Shown piece by piece: positions 1 to 14,523 of a DNA stretch of 64,000 nt (the stretch's first letter is position 1; each line of letters opens with the position of its first letter). The translations under genes were made by a program, and so were the position numbers. The notes beneath the pieces are model-generated. The model was not told where the DNA came from and did no database searches. It saw only the letters and a program-made list of their open reading frames with translations. Source of the stretch: an uncultured Actinomycetes bacterium. Lineage in GTDB: Bacteria > Actinomycetota > Thermoleophilia > RBG-16-64-13. The DNA lies in NCBI GenBank assembly GCA_963841735.1, contig CAWJDT010000004.1, positions 320,001-384,000 of the forward strand. The letters run 5' to 3'.

Positions 1-543
1 AAGTGCGTCGAGCGCGTTCAGTTCCGCCTCCATCGATAACCCGGCGAGCGTAGGCAGCTTGGCGGCCAGGCCGGCGGTTGTAGCGTGGGCCCTGTGTGCA
101 GCGCTGAAAGCATCGTTCACGAACACGTCTCCCAGCCGGGCTAGTTCGCTCACCAACTCCGGATCGTTCTTCTCTTCGCGCGGGTCAAAGCGCGAGTTCT
201 CCAAGAGCAAAACGTCTCCCGGCATCATGGCGGCCATGGTGGCCTCCACTCCGGCGCCGGTGAGTTCGTTGACCTTGCGCACCGGCACGGCCAGCAACTG
301 GCCAAGGCGCATCGCCACTGGGTCGAGCCGCAATGCGTCGTCGGGGGCCCCTTTGGGCCGCCCCAAGTGCGACATCAGGATCACTCGACACTGCTGCTCG
401 CGGAGATACTCAATGGTGGGCACAGCCGCCCGGATGCGCGAGTCGTCGGTGACTCTGCCCTCCTTAAGAGGGACATTGAAGTCCACCCGCACAAGCACCC
501 GCTTGCCACCCAACTCCGCGTCTCTCACCGTCTTCTTGGCCAC
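1..543 (-). CDS. pgk: phosphoglycerate kinase (5' part, runs off window)
   Basis: Minus strand from GTG at 543 reads [51 protein letters not shown], the PGK N-terminal motifs. It lies directly downstream of gap. Confidence 0.97.
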   Translation of the reverse strand, partial: MAKKTVRDAELGGKRVLVRVDFNVPLKEGRVTDDSRIRAAVPTIEYLREQQCRVILMSHLGRPKGAPDDALRLDPVAMRLGQLLAVPVRKVNELTGAGVEATMAAMMPGDVLLLENSRFDPREEKNDPELVSELARLGDVFVNDAFSAAHRAHATTAGLAAKLPTLAGLSMEAELNALDAL

Positions 544-570
544 TTCGTTCCCTTTCCTACAGCCAGGCGC

Positions 571-1584
<1,014 letters not shown>

Positions 1585-2589
1585 TCAGTAATGCGCATTC
1601 GTGCTGTTTTTGGAACCTTGAATTCTACCACGGGTACCCTTCGCTTCTGCCTTTTCCGCCTCTGCTACGAGCCTCCGCAGCCGATGATTGACGGCCGAAC
1701 GGCTGAGCCCCTCCCCGCCGACCTCGGCCAGTTCCGCAAGGTTCATGTACGGGTTGTCCATCCGTAGGCCGGCCATCGCCCGCAGAGCCGGGGGCAGAGT
1801 GTCGAGCCGCCCACTGCGCTCGAGCACCGCGATGGCGTCCAACTGCCGCGATGCGGCCGTCCCGGTGCGACGCAGGTTGGCAGAGTCACAGTTGGCCACT
1901 CGATTGGCCCGCGACCTCACCTCTTTGAGCACGGCCTGCTCCTCCAGCTGGAGGGCGGCGCTGTGAGCGCCTGCCAGAGCCAGGAGACCCGCGACTTCGT
2001 CCCTACCCTTCAGACTGACCACCCAGTTGCCCCGTCGGGACCGCAGTCCGGGGTGAAGGTCCATCGCCGTTAGTAGCCGCTCCAGGTCGACGCCCAGATC
2101 CTGCTGACCAGTGACTATCTCCAGATGGGCCTCTTTTTGCGGGGCGTTGGCGGACCCGGCCCCGATCAGGCAACCCCGCACGAATGCACTGCGACAGCAG
2201 GTCTTCTTGACCAACCGCCTAGCTATACCGGGCTTCAGCTCGAACGAGTCGCTTAGCACCCCCATCTCGTTCAGCGCCTGCAGGCCGGCCGGCGAACCCT
2301 TAAGGCGCACCCCGTAGACCAGCCTCTGGCTAAGACGCGGCTCCCGCCAGGTCACCAGTTCCCCCTCTACCCCAAACGCCTTGAAATGCGAATAGGCCAT
2401 CTTGGCCGCGGCTTGGACAGTCGTGGCCAACCGAATCTCGTAGCGCTCGTCATCGCTGACCCCGCCGTGGATCAAGAAGGTTCCCGCAGTGTGAAGAAGC
2501 CCCGCCATGACGGCCACCCGGCAGCACGCCTGCTTGTCCTCCACCCGGGTAAGTTCCTCCCTAAAAGCCCGCGTGAACCCGCTGCTCAC
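1585..2589 (-). CDS. whiA: DNA-binding protein WhiA
   Basis: LAGLIDADG-like AFVRGCLIGAGS, ANRVANCDSANL and C-terminal LSRSAVNHRLRRL. Probable GTG start at 2589 overlaps the rapZ stop. Confidence 0.92.
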   Translation of the reverse strand: MSSGFTRAFREELTRVEDKQACCRVAVMAGLLHTAGTFLIHGGVSDDERYEIRLATTVQAAAKMAYSHFKAFGVEGELVTWREPRLSQRLVYGVRLKGSPAGLQALNEMGVLSDSFELKPGIARRLVKKTCCRSAFVRGCLIGAGSANAPQKEAHLEIVTGQQDLGVDLERLLTAMDLHPGLRSRRGNWVVSLKGRDEVAGLLALAGAHSAALQLEEQAVLKEVRSRANRVANCDSANLRRTGTAASRQLDAIAVLERSGRLDTLPPALRAMAGLRMDNPYMNLAELAEVGGEGLSRSAVNHRLRRLVAEAEKAEAKGTRGRIQGSKNSTNAHY

Positions 2590-3488
2590 CGGTGCTCCGG
2601 CTTCTCTATGTCCCTGTGCATTATGCTCACCACCACCAAAGGCTCCGCCCTCAACCGTTGGCCGAGTTCCTCCGTAAGCGCGACCGACCGGTGCCGCCCC
2701 CCGGTACAACCGAGCGCAAGCACCACCCTGTGCTTCTGCTCCACCACGAAGCGGGGCGCCAAGAAGCGCACGAGATCGATCACCCGCTCCAGGAAATCCT
2801 GTGAGTCCTTCCGTCGCAGAACGTATTCCCTCACAGCCGGATCCAAACCAGACATGGGCCGCAGGTCGGGCACCCAGAACGGATTGGGCAGGAATCGAGC
2901 GTCGAGCACCATGTCGGCCTCGTCGGGAAGTCCATAGCGATAGCCAAACGACTGCAAACCAACAAACAGTTGGTCGTGAAGGTGATCGGCGAGCAACGTC
3001 TCCTCTAGGTGCCGCCGCAACCCCCGGGGGGATAGGCTGGTGGTGTCGATCACCAGGTCCGCCTGTGCTCGCAGTGGCGAGAGCAGGCGCCGTTCACGCT
3101 CGATGCCCTCGCATAGGTTGGCCGACAGCGGATGCGGCCGCCTGCTTGCTTGGTAGCGGGCCACCAACGCCTCGTCGGACGCCTCTAAGTAGAGCACCCT
3201 GAACGATGTTCCGGAGTTCCGCAGATAGTCGAGAGCCTCGCCCAGTTCCTGAAAATACCCGCCGCCTCTGGCGTCGAATACTAGAGCCGCACGATTGACC
3301 CGGCTCCCCTCCAGCGAAAACAACCCGACAGCTCCCGGCACCATCTGCGGAGGGAGATTGTCGATGCAGAAGTACCCCATGTCCTCAAAAGTGGCTACCA
3401 CCTCCGACTTGCCCGCGCCGGAGAGCCCGGTTATCACGGTGAGATGCAGCTTGCGGTCGGCGGTGTCGCCGGCGCTACCCTCGACCAT
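2586..3488 (-). CDS. rapZ: RNase adapter RapZ / YvcJ P-loop NTPase
   Basis: ITGLSGAGKS, FCIDNLPP, SFGYRYG, DARFLPNP and GCTGGRHRSV motifs. Confidence 0.96.
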   Translation of the reverse strand: MVEGSAGDTADRKLHLTVITGLSGAGKSEVVATFEDMGYFCIDNLPPQMVPGAVGLFSLEGSRVNRAALVFDARGGGYFQELGEALDYLRNSGTSFRVLYLEASDEALVARYQASRRPHPLSANLCEGIERERRLLSPLRAQADLVIDTTSLSPRGLRRHLEETLLADHLHDQLFVGLQSFGYRYGLPDEADMVLDARFLPNPFWVPDLRPMSGLDPAVREYVLRRKDSQDFLERVIDLVRFLAPRFVVEQKHRVVLALGCTGGRHRSVALTEELGQRLRAEPLVVVSIMHRDIEKPEHR

Positions 3489-4087
3489 CAGACCTCTCCT
3501 TCAGATACCGCGTTGTGGTTGCGCTCGTGCTCCAGCAGTCGCTCCTTCAGGGCCGGGTCGTTGCCATAGTCCCCCAGGCTTCCGTTGCCTCTGACCACAC
3601 GATGGCAGGGGATCACAATGGGGATGGGGTTGCAGGCCATAGCCGTACCCACAGCTCTGGCAGCGCGCGGATGCCCAGCCTTCTCGGCCAATTCACCGTA
3701 GCTCACGGTGACGGCCGGCGGCACGGTCAGCAGGGTCGCGTAGACTCTCCGCGCGAAGGGCCCTACCGCCAGATCGTCCAGACCGACCTCCTCCGCCGTC
3801 CACAGAAGCCGCTCGCCCCGGAAGTACGCCGCCAGCTGTTCCGCCCACTTATCGGCGGCCGCTTCGTCGGCTAGAGCCTCTGCGGCCCCCGTGACCCTCG
3901 CCCCGCCGGCCGCCCTCGCGGGGCCCTGCCCCGAAAGCGCCGTTTCCGGCCGAGGCTTCACTTCTGTCTCACCCCCCGCGGTCGGCAGGTCCAGCGCCAC
4001 GAGGCGCCCGTCGCGCACGGTTATCGCTCCCTCGCCCCAGGGGGTGGCGAAACGCCTCTCGGCGTGGTCAGCCTGTCTTGTGCACAT
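3488..4087 (-). CDS. ogt: methylated-DNA--protein-cysteine S-methyltransferase
   Basis: SYGELA..RAARAVGTAMACNPIPIVIPCHRVV active-site motif. Start approximate (ATG 4087, overlapping the uvrC end). Confidence 0.92.
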   Translation of the reverse strand: MCTRQADHAERRFATPWGEGAITVRDGRLVALDLPTAGGETEVKPRPETALSGQGPARAAGGARVTGAAEALADEAAADKWAEQLAAYFRGERLLWTAEEVGLDDLAVGPFARRVYATLLTVPPAVTVSYGELAEKAGHPRAARAVGTAMACNPIPIVIPCHRVVRGNGSLGDYGNDPALKERLLEHERNHNAVSEGEV

Positions 4088-5969
4088 ACGCGTATACCTC
4101 CCTCGCCACCTTGCCGGGAAGGCCGGGAACTCCCTCGACTTCCTCTCTGCTGGCCTGCAGGAAGCGCTCGGGCGACCCAAAATGTTGCAGAATCGCCTTC
4201 TTGCGCTTCTCTCCCACCCCCGGCAGTTGGTTAAGCAGCGACCCCGTGGTCTGCGCCGACCGCCTGCTCCGGTGAAAACCCAGCGCAAACCGATGGGCCT
4301 CGTCCCGCACCCTGCGCAATAGCAGAACCGCCGCATCGTCCGGGGCGAGATTCAGTGGGTCCGCCGACCATGGCACGAAGACCTGCTCTTCCCTCTTCGC
4401 AAGCGACACCACAGTCACCACCCCTTCCAGCCCGGCATCCCGCAGAGCCGCGGTGGCCGCTCCTAACTGTGCCTTACCCCCGTCGATCAACACTACGTCG
4501 GGGACGGCCTCGAACGACGGATCATATGGCCGGCCCGAGGATTCCGCACCGCCCGTGCCGCCCGCCACGTTCCCGCGATCCCCCGGCCCAAAACGCCGGC
4601 TCAAGGCTTCACGCATGGCGCCCACATCGTTCTGCCCCACTGTGGACCGGATGCTGAACTTGCGGTAGTCGGACTTCTTGGGCGCGCCTCCTTCGAACAC
4701 CACCATGGACGCAACGATGTTCTCTGCCCCTAGGTTGGAGATGTCGTAACCCTCGATGCGCATGGGCACCGCCTGCAGCCCCAGGCATTCCTCAAGAGCC
4801 GTGAGCGCCCCCAAACGCCTTTCTCTGCCCCGCTCCTCCCGCAAGCGGTCGTGGGCTAGGGCCAGGACGGCATTCCTATCCGCCAACTCGCGCAGACGCC
4901 GCTTGTCTCCCCGCTCCGCCTGACGAACGTCTACATTCGCCCCCCGGAGGCCCTTCAAAAACGCCTGCAGCTGGTCGGTATGCCGCACCGTTGCGGGAAC
5001 TATAAGCTCCGCAGGCACCACCGGTGCCGCGCCATAGTACTCAGCCACGAACCTCTCGAATACTTCCTGAGCATCGGCCCCCGCCACATTTATGAGAGTG
5101 ACGCTCCGCCTGTCGGCCAGCTTGCCGTCCCGAGTGACAAACACCTGCACGTTGGCTCCCCAATCGTCCATTGCTAGCCCTGTGACATCCGCGGACCCTA
5201 ATGTCTCCGACTCGATCTGTTGCCTCTCGAGCACGTGCCGCAAAGCATCCACCCGATCGCGGAGCACCGCCGCCTCTTCAAAATCTTGCCTCCCGGCCGC
5301 CTCCTGCATCGCCCGCTCCAAGCGAGCCACCACCTTGGTCTCGCGCCCGCTAAGGAACTCCACCACCTGGTCGATCACGGCCCGGTACTGTTCGGCCTCT
5401 AGTGTCCCCAGACAGGGAGCTGGGCACCTCTCGATGTGGAACTGCAGGCAGGGGGATCCCGAGTGTCGGCCGGGGCGCCTCCCCCGGCAGCTGCGCACCG
5501 GGAACACTCGACCGAGCGCATCCAGCGTTTCGCGCACCTTGGCCGCGCTGGAAAAGGGTCCGAAGTACAGATTGCCCCGGCGGTGGGGCTGCCGGGTGAA
5601 GACCACCCGAGGGAACTCCTCCTCGGCGGTCACCATGATGTAGGGGTACGATTTGTCATCGCGCAGACGGATGTTGAAAGGCGCGCGGTGCTGCTTGATG
5701 AGGTTGTGCTCCAGCAGCAGAGCCTCAACCTCGTTGCTCGTGACTATCCACTCCACCGCGGCGGCCTGCATCATCATCTCGTTGACTTTCGCGGGGAGGC
5801 GCCCGGCTTCGTCTCCAGACAACGCCGGCAGATAGCTGGCCAACCGCTTGCGCAAAGATAGAGCCTTGCCCACATAGAGCACCGCACCGGAGGCGTCCCT
5901 ATATAGGTAGACGCCCGGGAGGTCCGGGGAGTGCTTGATCTGCTGTGCGAGCTCGTCGATGGTGCCCAT
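4068..5969 (-). CDS. uvrC: excinuclease ABC subunit C
   Basis: GIY-YIG (PGVYLY..YVGKA), RIEGYDISN, LIDGGKAQL, RDEAHRFA and C-terminal HhH. Confidence 0.98.
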   Translation of the reverse strand: MGTIDELAQQIKHSPDLPGVYLYRDASGAVLYVGKALSLRKRLASYLPALSGDEAGRLPAKVNEMMMQAAAVEWIVTSNEVEALLLEHNLIKQHRAPFNIRLRDDKSYPYIMVTAEEEFPRVVFTRQPHRRGNLYFGPFSSAAKVRETLDALGRVFPVRSCRGRRPGRHSGSPCLQFHIERCPAPCLGTLEAEQYRAVIDQVVEFLSGRETKVVARLERAMQEAAGRQDFEEAAVLRDRVDALRHVLERQQIESETLGSADVTGLAMDDWGANVQVFVTRDGKLADRRSVTLINVAGADAQEVFERFVAEYYGAAPVVPAELIVPATVRHTDQLQAFLKGLRGANVDVRQAERGDKRRLRELADRNAVLALAHDRLREERGRERRLGALTALEECLGLQAVPMRIEGYDISNLGAENIVASMVVFEGGAPKKSDYRKFSIRSTVGQNDVGAMREALSRRFGPGDRGNVAGGTGGAESSGRPYDPSFEAVPDVVLIDGGKAQLGAATAALRDAGLEGVVTVVSLAKREEQVFVPWSADPLNLAPDDAAVLLLRRVRDEAHRFALGFHRSRRSAQTTGSLLNQLPGVGEKRKKAILQHFGSPERFLQASREEVEGVPGLPGKVAREVYAYVHKTG

Positions 5970-6196
5970 CTACCGCGTTCGGAGCCTTGGACCCCGCCTT
6001 GCGGCGGGGGGTTTGCCGTTGTTTTCAGTGTACCCCAGAGGTGGGCACCTCAGATACGCCCGGGGCCCGCGTCGGCGCCTGCGTCACGGCCCACGCGCAG
6101 GCCCCGGTGGTAACCGCCGTCGCCGCCAGCCCTGGAGCGACCTGGATACCCTGGTATACTTTCGCGCCTGCAATCCAGCGTCGTGGGAGGTCATAA

Positions 6197-7825
6197 GTGG
6201 GGCCTGCAGGACTGCCCGTCGAAGAACGCAAGATGATTCTCGACCTGCTGTCGCAGGTCCGTCAGCGGATGCTGTCGCCCGACCGCATCCGCAGCTGTGA
6301 CGAGGAGGAGACCTTCCCCGAGGACGTCATCCGAGAGCTGCTCGGCCCGAACATCGGCCTGCAGTTGCTCTTCATTCCTGAGGAATACGGCGGCCTAGGC
6401 GGCGGAGCGCGCGACATCGCGGCAGTCTCGGAAGAGATGGCCAAGATCTGCCTGGGCGTAGCCACCGGCTTCCTCGCTATCCATCTCGGCACCGACCCCA
6501 TCCTAGTGGGCGCCACTGAAGCTCAAAAGGAGAAGTGGCTCACCAATCTGGCCGAAGGCGACGCCATAGTGGCCTACGCGGTCACCGAGGCGGAGGCCGG
6601 GAGCAATCTGTCGGCTCTCAAGACTTCAGCCACTCCGGTGCTTGATGACCAGGGCGTCGTCACCGGATACCGCATCAACGGCAACAAGCAGTTCATCTCC
6701 AATGGGGGCTACGCCGACTTCTTGACAGTGCTCGCCCAGGCCCCTGAAGGCCCTACGTTCTTCATTGTCGAGAAGAGCATGGAAGGCTTCAGCGCCGGCA
6801 AGCCCGAGGTCAAGCACGGCATCCGCGGGTCCAACACTGCGGCCCTCACCTTTGACAACGTGTTGGTGCCCCTGGAGAACCTCGTGGGCGCAGTCCCTGG
6901 GCAGGGTCTTGTCCAGTCGAACCAGGTGTTCGGCTACACCCGCCTCATGGTGGCGGCCTTTGGTTTAGGAGCAGGCGTGGCCGCGCTCGAGCGAGTGGTC
7001 AAGTTCGCCAAGGAGCGCGTGCAGTTCGGCTCGCCGCTTATTGAGAAGCAGGGCTATACGCACAAACTTGTCCTCCCCTATGTCGCCAAACTCGAGGCGG
7101 CCCGGGCCTATATCGAAGAGGTGGCCGACCGCCTGGACTCGGGCGAGGTCGACCTGCAGGTAGAGGGCTCCATAGCGAAGCTCTTTGCCACCGAAGTGGG
7201 CAACGCCTGCGCCGATGCGGCCATCCAGGCGCTCGGCGGCTATGGCTACATCCACGAGTACGACGTCGAAAAGATCAAGCGCGACGTCAAGATCACAACT
7301 ATCTACGAGGGCACCAGCGAGATCCAGCAGCTCATTATTAGCACCTTCCGCTGGAGAGAGTCGGTCAAGACAAAGGGCGCCTTCTACGAAGACATGGCCG
7401 CGCAGATGGTATCCGCGCACGCTCAGCACCCAGACATCAAGGCCGCTGTCATGGCGGCCCTGGCCGGCTTGCTCAACCGCCTGTTCGATGAGGTTCACAA
7501 AGCCAAGGCCACCCGCCAGCAGCACATCATGTTCCAGCTGGCGCTGCTCGCCACCATCACCGAGACGGGCGCAGCCCTGGTTAACAAGATCGCCCGCGGC
7601 GAAGACCTCAGCGACAACAAAGCCGAGTACCTGCAGCTTTGCGCACGCGTGAACGCCGGACTGGCCGCCCAGAGCGCTTTTGCCATCGCCAACGAGATCG
7701 TCTACGGATCGGGGCAATGGCAGCCCGAAGAGGCCCGCGCCATCTTGGATTCAGCGGACTTTGACTACGAAGCCTCCCAGGCCGGCCTGATCACCGACAT
7801 GGACCTGTTGCGCACCCACCTCTAG
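6197..7825 (+). CDS. acyl-CoA dehydrogenase with C-terminal helical extension
   Basis: AVTEAEAGS, GNKQFISNG, RVQFG, QALGGYGY and IYEGTSEIQ (catalytic Glu). GGAGG RBS before GTG 6197. Confidence 0.92.
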   Translation: MGPAGLPVEERKMILDLLSQVRQRMLSPDRIRSCDEEETFPEDVIRELLGPNIGLQLLFIPEEYGGLGGGARDIAAVSEEMAKICLGVATGFLAIHLGTDPILVGATEAQKEKWLTNLAEGDAIVAYAVTEAEAGSNLSALKTSATPVLDDQGVVTGYRINGNKQFISNGGYADFLTVLAQAPEGPTFFIVEKSMEGFSAGKPEVKHGIRGSNTAALTFDNVLVPLENLVGAVPGQGLVQSNQVFGYTRLMVAAFGLGAGVAALERVVKFAKERVQFGSPLIEKQGYTHKLVLPYVAKLEAARAYIEEVADRLDSGEVDLQVEGSIAKLFATEVGNACADAAIQALGGYGYIHEYDVEKIKRDVKITTIYEGTSEIQQLIISTFRWRESVKTKGAFYEDMAAQMVSAHAQHPDIKAAVMAALAGLLNRLFDEVHKAKATRQQHIMFQLALLATITETGAALVNKIARGEDLSDNKAEYLQLCARVNAGLAAQSAFAIANEIVYGSGQWQPEEARAILDSADFDYEASQAGLITDMDLLRTHL

Positions 7826-7839
7826 GAAGGAACTCGGCC

Positions 7840-8898
7840 GTGAAAGACATCGCCGCGCTGCTCAGGCTGTTCGCCGATGCCCACGGCCTCTCGGGCTATG
7901 AGGACGAAGTGGCCGCTCTGCTCAAGGCGGAACTCGCACCGCTGGTGGACGAGGTCACGATCGACAAGATGGGCAACGTCATCGGTATCCGAGCCGGCGA
8001 GGGCCCGACTGTGATGATCGCCGCGCACATGGATGAGATCGGCGCCATGGTCTCCCATATCGACGACGAGGGATTCCTTCGGGTGGTCCCCATAGGCGGA
8101 TGGTCCGACCAGACCATCCTGGGACAGCGCGTCCTCATCGCGACCACCGACGGGCGCCGCATCCCCGGCGTCGTCGGCTCGCGGCCCCCGCACCTCATGG
8201 ATGCCGAGGAGCGCAAGAGGATCGTCAAGATCAAGGACATGTTTGTCGATTGCGGGGCCACCAGCGCGGCCGCCGCCGCCGACCTGGGTGTCGAGATCGG
8301 TTGCACCGCTACCATCGATCGCCAGCTCCTGCCTCTGGGCCCCGACCTGGTGACCGGCAAGGCCCTCGATAATCGAGCCGGCTGCGCCATGATGGTCTTG
8401 GCGCTGAGACTGCTGAAGAACAAGCCCGTGCGGTCTACCATCCAGGCGGTCGGAACCGTCCAGGAGGAGGTGGGCCTCAAGGGCGCCCGCACCAGCGCGT
8501 ACGGCCTAGCTCCTGACGTAGCCATCGCAACCGACGTCACCATCCCGGGCGACCATCCCGGCGTGACCAAGAGCGAATCGCACGTGTGCGTGGGCAAAGG
8601 CCCGGCCATCACCATCATCGACGCCGCGGGCCGGGGCGTCATCGCCCCCCGTCCGGTAGTGCGCTGGCTCAGGGAGTCGGCCGAGAAGGCCTCCATCCCC
8701 TACCAGCTACAGGTGGGCAATGGCGGCAACACCGACGCCACTGTCATCAGCATCAGCCGGACCGGCATCCCCTGCAGCGTGGTCAGCGTGCCCACCCGCT
8801 ACATCCACTCGCCGGTGGAGGTCCTTTCGCTGCGCGACCTCGAACAAGGCGCCGCGCTCATCGCGGCGGCCATACAATCGGCCCACCTGTACTTCTAA
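7840..8898 (+). CDS. M42 family metallo-aminopeptidase (TET-like)
   Basis: AAHMDEIG, KALDNRAG, QEEVGLKGA and PTRYIHSPVE motifs. Confidence 0.94.
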   Translation: MKDIAALLRLFADAHGLSGYEDEVAALLKAELAPLVDEVTIDKMGNVIGIRAGEGPTVMIAAHMDEIGAMVSHIDDEGFLRVVPIGGWSDQTILGQRVLIATTDGRRIPGVVGSRPPHLMDAEERKRIVKIKDMFVDCGATSAAAAADLGVEIGCTATIDRQLLPLGPDLVTGKALDNRAGCAMMVLALRLLKNKPVRSTIQAVGTVQEEVGLKGARTSAYGLAPDVAIATDVTIPGDHPGVTKSESHVCVGKGPAITIIDAAGRGVIAPRPVVRWLRESAEKASIPYQLQVGNGGNTDATVISISRTGIPCSVVSVPTRYIHSPVEVLSLRDLEQGAALIAAAIQSAHLYF

Positions 8899-8965
8899 GC
8901 GGTCACGCGCCGCGCCGGCCGCGCCGCGTGACGAACGACCCACCGGGGGCCTCGGCTTTGACGCT

Positions 8966-10365
8966 CTACTCGCTGGCCTTCCGCGCCCGCTGCGCCCGCT
9001 CCCAAACAGCCGCCTCCGCATGGAGATCTGCCGCCATGGACGCGGGCACCCTACCCCACACGCGGACGTCCTCGTCGCGATACTCGAATTCCACCGTGCC
9101 TCGCTCCCGCACCCGGGCCAGCAGCTCGCCCGCCGAGTAGGGTACGGCCACGTCCACCTCGGTCCACAACTCAGCCAGCACGGTCCCCATCATGTCCCGA
9201 AGCTCAGGGATGCCGGCCCCGCTGAGTGCCGACACCTTCAGGGCGTAGCGATCATCCCGGCGCAATACCCCGCCGGAGCCTTCGCGGCCTGCCACCACCG
9301 GGGCGGCATCGGCAAGGTCGGTCTTGTTGAGCACCACCACGCGGGGTTTGTGTCCCGCTCCCAACTCGTCCAAAACGGTCTGCACCGTCCTACGGTGCTC
9401 GGTGGCGTGCCGGTCGGCCATATCCACCACCTCCAACAGCACGTCCGCCCTCACGACCTCCTCCAGGGTGGCCTGGAAGGCCTCCACCAACTGGTGGGGC
9501 AGCTTGTGGATGAAGCCCACTGTGTCGCTGACGATGATCGTCTGGCCTTCGTGTAACCGTACCTTCCGCGTGGTGGGATCGAGCGTGGCGAAAAGCATGT
9601 CCTCCACCATCGCCGCCTCTTCGCCCACCAAGGCGTTGAGCAGAGTGGACTTGCCGGCGTTGGTGTAGCCCACGATTGCCATCGTGGGCAGTAGGCGCCG
9701 CTCCCTGGCGCGGGCTGCGGTCTCCCGCCTGCGCCGCACCTCTTCCACCCTCGCCCTCGTCTTCTTGATGCGTTCCCGGATGACCCGGCGATCGGTCTCA
9801 AGCTGGGTCTCGCCGGGACCTCTACGCGTGCCGATGCCGCCACCCATACGCGAAAGGTGGGTCCACATGCGAGTAAGGCGGGGCAACTGGTACTCCAGCC
9901 GGGCCAACTCCACTTGGATGCGCCCCTCGTGAGTGTGGGCCCGCTGGGCAAAGATGTCGAGGATCACAGCACTGCGATCCAAGACCTTCACCTCCAAAAG
10001 ATCTTCCAGTTTCCGCTGCTGCTTGGGAGAGAGCTCGTCATCGGCCACCAGCATGTTGAAGTGGGTCTCCGCCTTGGCCGAGTTGAGCTCCTCGGCTTTG
10101 CCGCTGCCCAGGTACCACAACGGATGCACCGTCTCGCGGTTCTGGAAGGTGCTGCCCACCACCTCACCGCCGGCGGTCTCGACCAAGGCCGCCAGCTCCA
10201 GCAGAGATTCCTCCGCGGTCCACCCGGCAGTCTTGCCGGTGTCCACGGCGATGAGATAGGCTCGCTCCGGCTCCGGAATCCCCTTACTGTCGAACACCGA
10301 CCGCTTTCCTACGCCGACCCCGGCCGCCTTGTCGGCTCCGGTCTCCGTATCGTTTTCAGCGCCGC

Positions 10366-10369
<4 letters not shown>
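8966..10369 (-). CDS. hflX: GTPase HflX
   Basis: [38 protein letters not shown] and DTVGFI motifs. Confidence 0.97.
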
Positions 10370-13290
<2,921 letters not shown>

Positions 13291-13368
13291 GGCCAGGGAT
13301 TCTATCAGGTGGTGCGGACAGCAGACCGGCACCAGCGCAAGCCGCGCCGTACCGCGACCGCCGTCGCC

Positions 13369-14523
13369 TCACCCCGCCCGAGCCGCCCCCACCAGCCGCT
13401 CTCTCAGTCGCCTGACCACATCGCGCTGCGCCTCCAACGCCGGGTGCTCCGTCGACCGGACCTTCGCGTGAAACAGGGCCAGGTTCATCTGCTGCCGCAT
13501 AAGCTGTTTGAGTACCGAGCGGGCGTAGCCGCCCCCGCTCTTCTTCATCTTCCGCAAGGCCCGGCGCCTTCTCCGGCCACTCAGCAGCACCTGGAATTCC
13601 CCGGCACTCACCGCCTCTGAGCCCACTTCCGACTTCATCAGTGCGGCGAAAGCCCTCCCCTCTCTCCGCCTGGCAAAGACTACCAGCATCACCAGCAAGA
13701 TCAGAAATGGCAGGCCCTTGATGACCAGAGCCAACGCGAAAGCACCCGTCCCCTTGCTCATAAGCGATTCCAGCCACGGAGAGTTCCACACGAAATGCGC
13801 CGCCCAAGACAAGAACGCGAACAAGGTGAAGATGCTCAGACGTCTGCTCAGGGTACTGCCTCGCTGGGTAACGAAGTAGGCGAAACCGAAGCCCATGAGC
13901 CCGCTGAACAGCATATGGCTGTAGAGGCCGGAGAGGATCACCCGCAAGAAGAACATGGTGACCACGGGTCCGGTCTGGCCGCCCGCATCACCAGCCGCGA
14001 CCATGAAGTACTGCACGTTCTCGACGACCTGGAAACCCAGTCCGATCATGGCCCCATACACCAGCCCGTCCATGACGCTGTCGAACTCGGCGCGGGCCAT
14101 GAGATAGATCATCACGAGGCCCGCGCCCTTGTACAGCTCCTCATCGATGGGCGCCACCACAGCGGCGGCCCAGGCATCCACCCTGACCGCGGGCAGCATG
14201 TGCTGAAGGAAATCGAGAGCCCAAGTGTTCACCAGTGCAGCGAACGCCAAGGCGACGACCCCGCCCCATAGCAGCGCGACCACGATGAGTGAGGCCGGCT
14301 CCGGTTCGAACTGGTCCAGACGGTAGATGATCACTCCCGCGGGGATGGCAGTGGCGGCCAACAACACCACGGAGAGCAGCCAGGCCGCGGGGTTCGTCGT
14401 GATGTATCCCACCTGCTCCAGCCCCACAAGGCCGAAGCACGACACCAGAAGCATCAGAAAGAGATAGAAGGCCGGCTGTCGCGCCAGTCCAGGAGGAGCG
14501 GTGGACAGAGCTGAGTCGTTCAT
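13369..14523 (-). CDS. PrsW family intramembrane glutamic protease
   Basis: Multi-TM protein with PIDEELYK, FQVVEN, SHMLF and HFVWN, matching the PrsW motifs EExxK, FxxxE, H and HxxxN. Confidence 0.88.
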   Translation of the reverse strand: MNDSALSTAPPGLARQPAFYLFLMLLVSCFGLVGLEQVGYITTNPAAWLLSVVLLAATAIPAGVIIYRLDQFEPEPASLIVVALLWGGVVALAFAALVNTWALDFLQHMLPAVRVDAWAAAVVAPIDEELYKGAGLVMIYLMARAEFDSVMDGLVYGAMIGLGFQVVENVQYFMVAAGDAGGQTGPVVTMFFLRVILSGLYSHMLFSGLMGFGFAYFVTQRGSTLSRRLSIFTLFAFLSWAAHFVWNSPWLESLMSKGTGAFALALVIKGLPFLILLVMLVVFARRREGRAFAALMKSEVGSEAVSAGEFQVLLSGRRRRRALRKMKKSGGGYARSVLKQLMRQQMNLALFHAKVRSTEHPALEAQRDVVRRLRERLVGAARAG

